Assembly (NCBI GenBank): GCA_050298595.1
Contig: JBNKUM010000027.1
Span: 1-58,494, forward strand
DNA length: 58,494 nucleotides
Origin: Gammaproteobacteria bacterium
GTDB taxonomy: Bacteria; Pseudomonadota; Gammaproteobacteria; GCA-001735895
Reading direction: 5' to 3'
The notes under the pieces are model-generated. The model was not told where the DNA came from and searched no databases. It was given only the letters and a program-made list of their open reading frames with translations. Of this stretch, positions 57,665 to 58,494 are shown piece after piece. The stretch's first letter is position 1. Each line of letters opens with the position of its first letter. The position numbers and the translations under genes were made by a program.

Positions 57665-58494
57665 ATGAATTCTAAAACAATAAATTCACGCAATATGAAG
57701 ATTAAAGCCCTGTCGCTACTCTCGCTGTGGCTATTGTTGATGCTGCCCGAAACTATTCAGGCATTACCCGGGTTTAACCATGGCTATGTGTATAGTCGGG
57801 CCGCAATTACCAACGAACAGGGTCAATACACCTGGGGCCGATACAACCCCGAGAATGGAGAATACCTGGGTGATATCGCTGTGGCAGGTGACAGTTTAAA
57901 TCCTGCCGAATGGCGCGTTATGTCGGGCGATGTCTATCGCAGTATTATTAAGCAAAAAAGGGATTTACATAAATCACAACCTGATTTAGAACTTAAAAGT
58001 CGCGCTGATTATGAATCATCAGATCTGTTGCTGGCCAATGGGCAGGCAATGACCAACAAGCCAGCGCTATCTGCGACCACCGCCTATGTTAGCATCCTGC
58101 CACAAACCCGGCGATTGATCGATGACCCGCAAAGTCTCATTCTAGCCCAATACCCGGTTAATCCAGACATCAGTGTGGGTGATAATATCGTCTCAATCCT
58201 GTACCAGTATCGTGGTGATGGTATCGGTAATATTCATCTGCAAAGTTCCGATCGCATCGGATTTAAAGCAGCTTTTACCAAAGATAAGGATGGAAATGCA
58301 GTCGCTAGTGCTGAATTCATAAATGTTAACAAATTTCGTTCTGGGGAATACACGCCAGTTTCACCGTTAGAAGGTGTTGTGATCGAAAGTGCCCAAAAAC
58401 CTGGCGGAGGTATCACCGATGAAACGGGGCATTACTCTGCGCTTTGGCTATACCCGGCCTGCCCGATATTTTCTATGGAGTATTCTAATAAATT
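57665..58494 (+). CDS. Secreted hypothetical protein (N-terminal 276 codons; runs off the window)
   Basis: ATG immediately follows the upstream TAA (TAAATG) and the frame stays open to the end. It reads MNSKTINSRNMKIKALSLLSLWLLLMLPETIQA-LPGFNHGYVYSRAAITNEQGQYTWGRY...SPLEGVVIESAQKPGGGITDETGHYS. Absent from the ORF track, probably because no stop codon is in view. Confidence 0.85.
   Translation, partial: MNSKTINSRNMKIKALSLLSLWLLLMLPETIQALPGFNHGYVYSRAAITNEQGQYTWGRYNPENGEYLGDIAVAGDSLNPAEWRVMSGDVYRSIIKQKRDLHKSQPDLELKSRADYESSDLLLANGQAMTNKPALSATTAYVSILPQTRRLIDDPQSLILAQYPVNPDISVGDNIVSILYQYRGDGIGNIHLQSSDRIGFKAAFTKDKDGNAVASAEFINVNKFRSGEYTPVSPLEGVVIESAQKPGGGITDETGHYSALWLYPACPIFSMEYSNK

Noticed and set aside
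8085-58416. Dozens of 60-150-aa ORFs nested in or antisense to the large CDSs
   Set aside because: No motifs and atypical composition. Such ORFs are expected by chance opposite long coding frames, and 51981 and 53346 simply mirror the 273-bp repeat.
1-58494. Mobile elements, tRNA/rRNA genes or integration scars
   Set aside because: No transposase, integrase, terminal repeats or RNA-gene signatures were recognised.

Overview
Bacterial DNA of roughly 40-45% GC by eye, probably from a gammaproteobacterium (inference). The first ~7 kb is ordinary. It holds a truncated isochorismatase-family hydrolase divergent from a GlxA-type AraC regulator, a Tat-type dienelactone hydrolase, a 299-aa unknown, a PHB-depolymerase-family esterase and a 7TMR-DISM/GGDEF diguanylate cyclase. 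Divergent from the cyclase, across ~1.1 kb of palindrome-rich intergenic DNA, is a >50-kb co-directional gene cluster that runs off the window. It begins with an uninterrupted ~14,000-aa (~1.5 MDa) protein with a Sec signal peptide and paired cysteines, but no recognisable T1SS, autotransporter or sorting signal. That protein contains an Ig-like repeat region, about seven ~2-kb super-repeats (LVIVD propeller + Big_5 + 2x IPT/TIG), and a C-terminal mosaic of Ca-binding DxDxDG clusters and duplicated cassettes. Next come two overlapping parvulin/PrsA-like lipoproteins (one apparently degenerate), a 2002-aa secreted protein with ten 273-bp beta/gamma-crystallin-like repeats, and a further signal-peptide ORF that the ORF track missed. 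The best candidate for an undescribed system is this giant Sec-exported surface-protein cluster with dedicated foldases. All domain names come from motif recognition by eye, not database searches, and internal domain boundaries are approximate.
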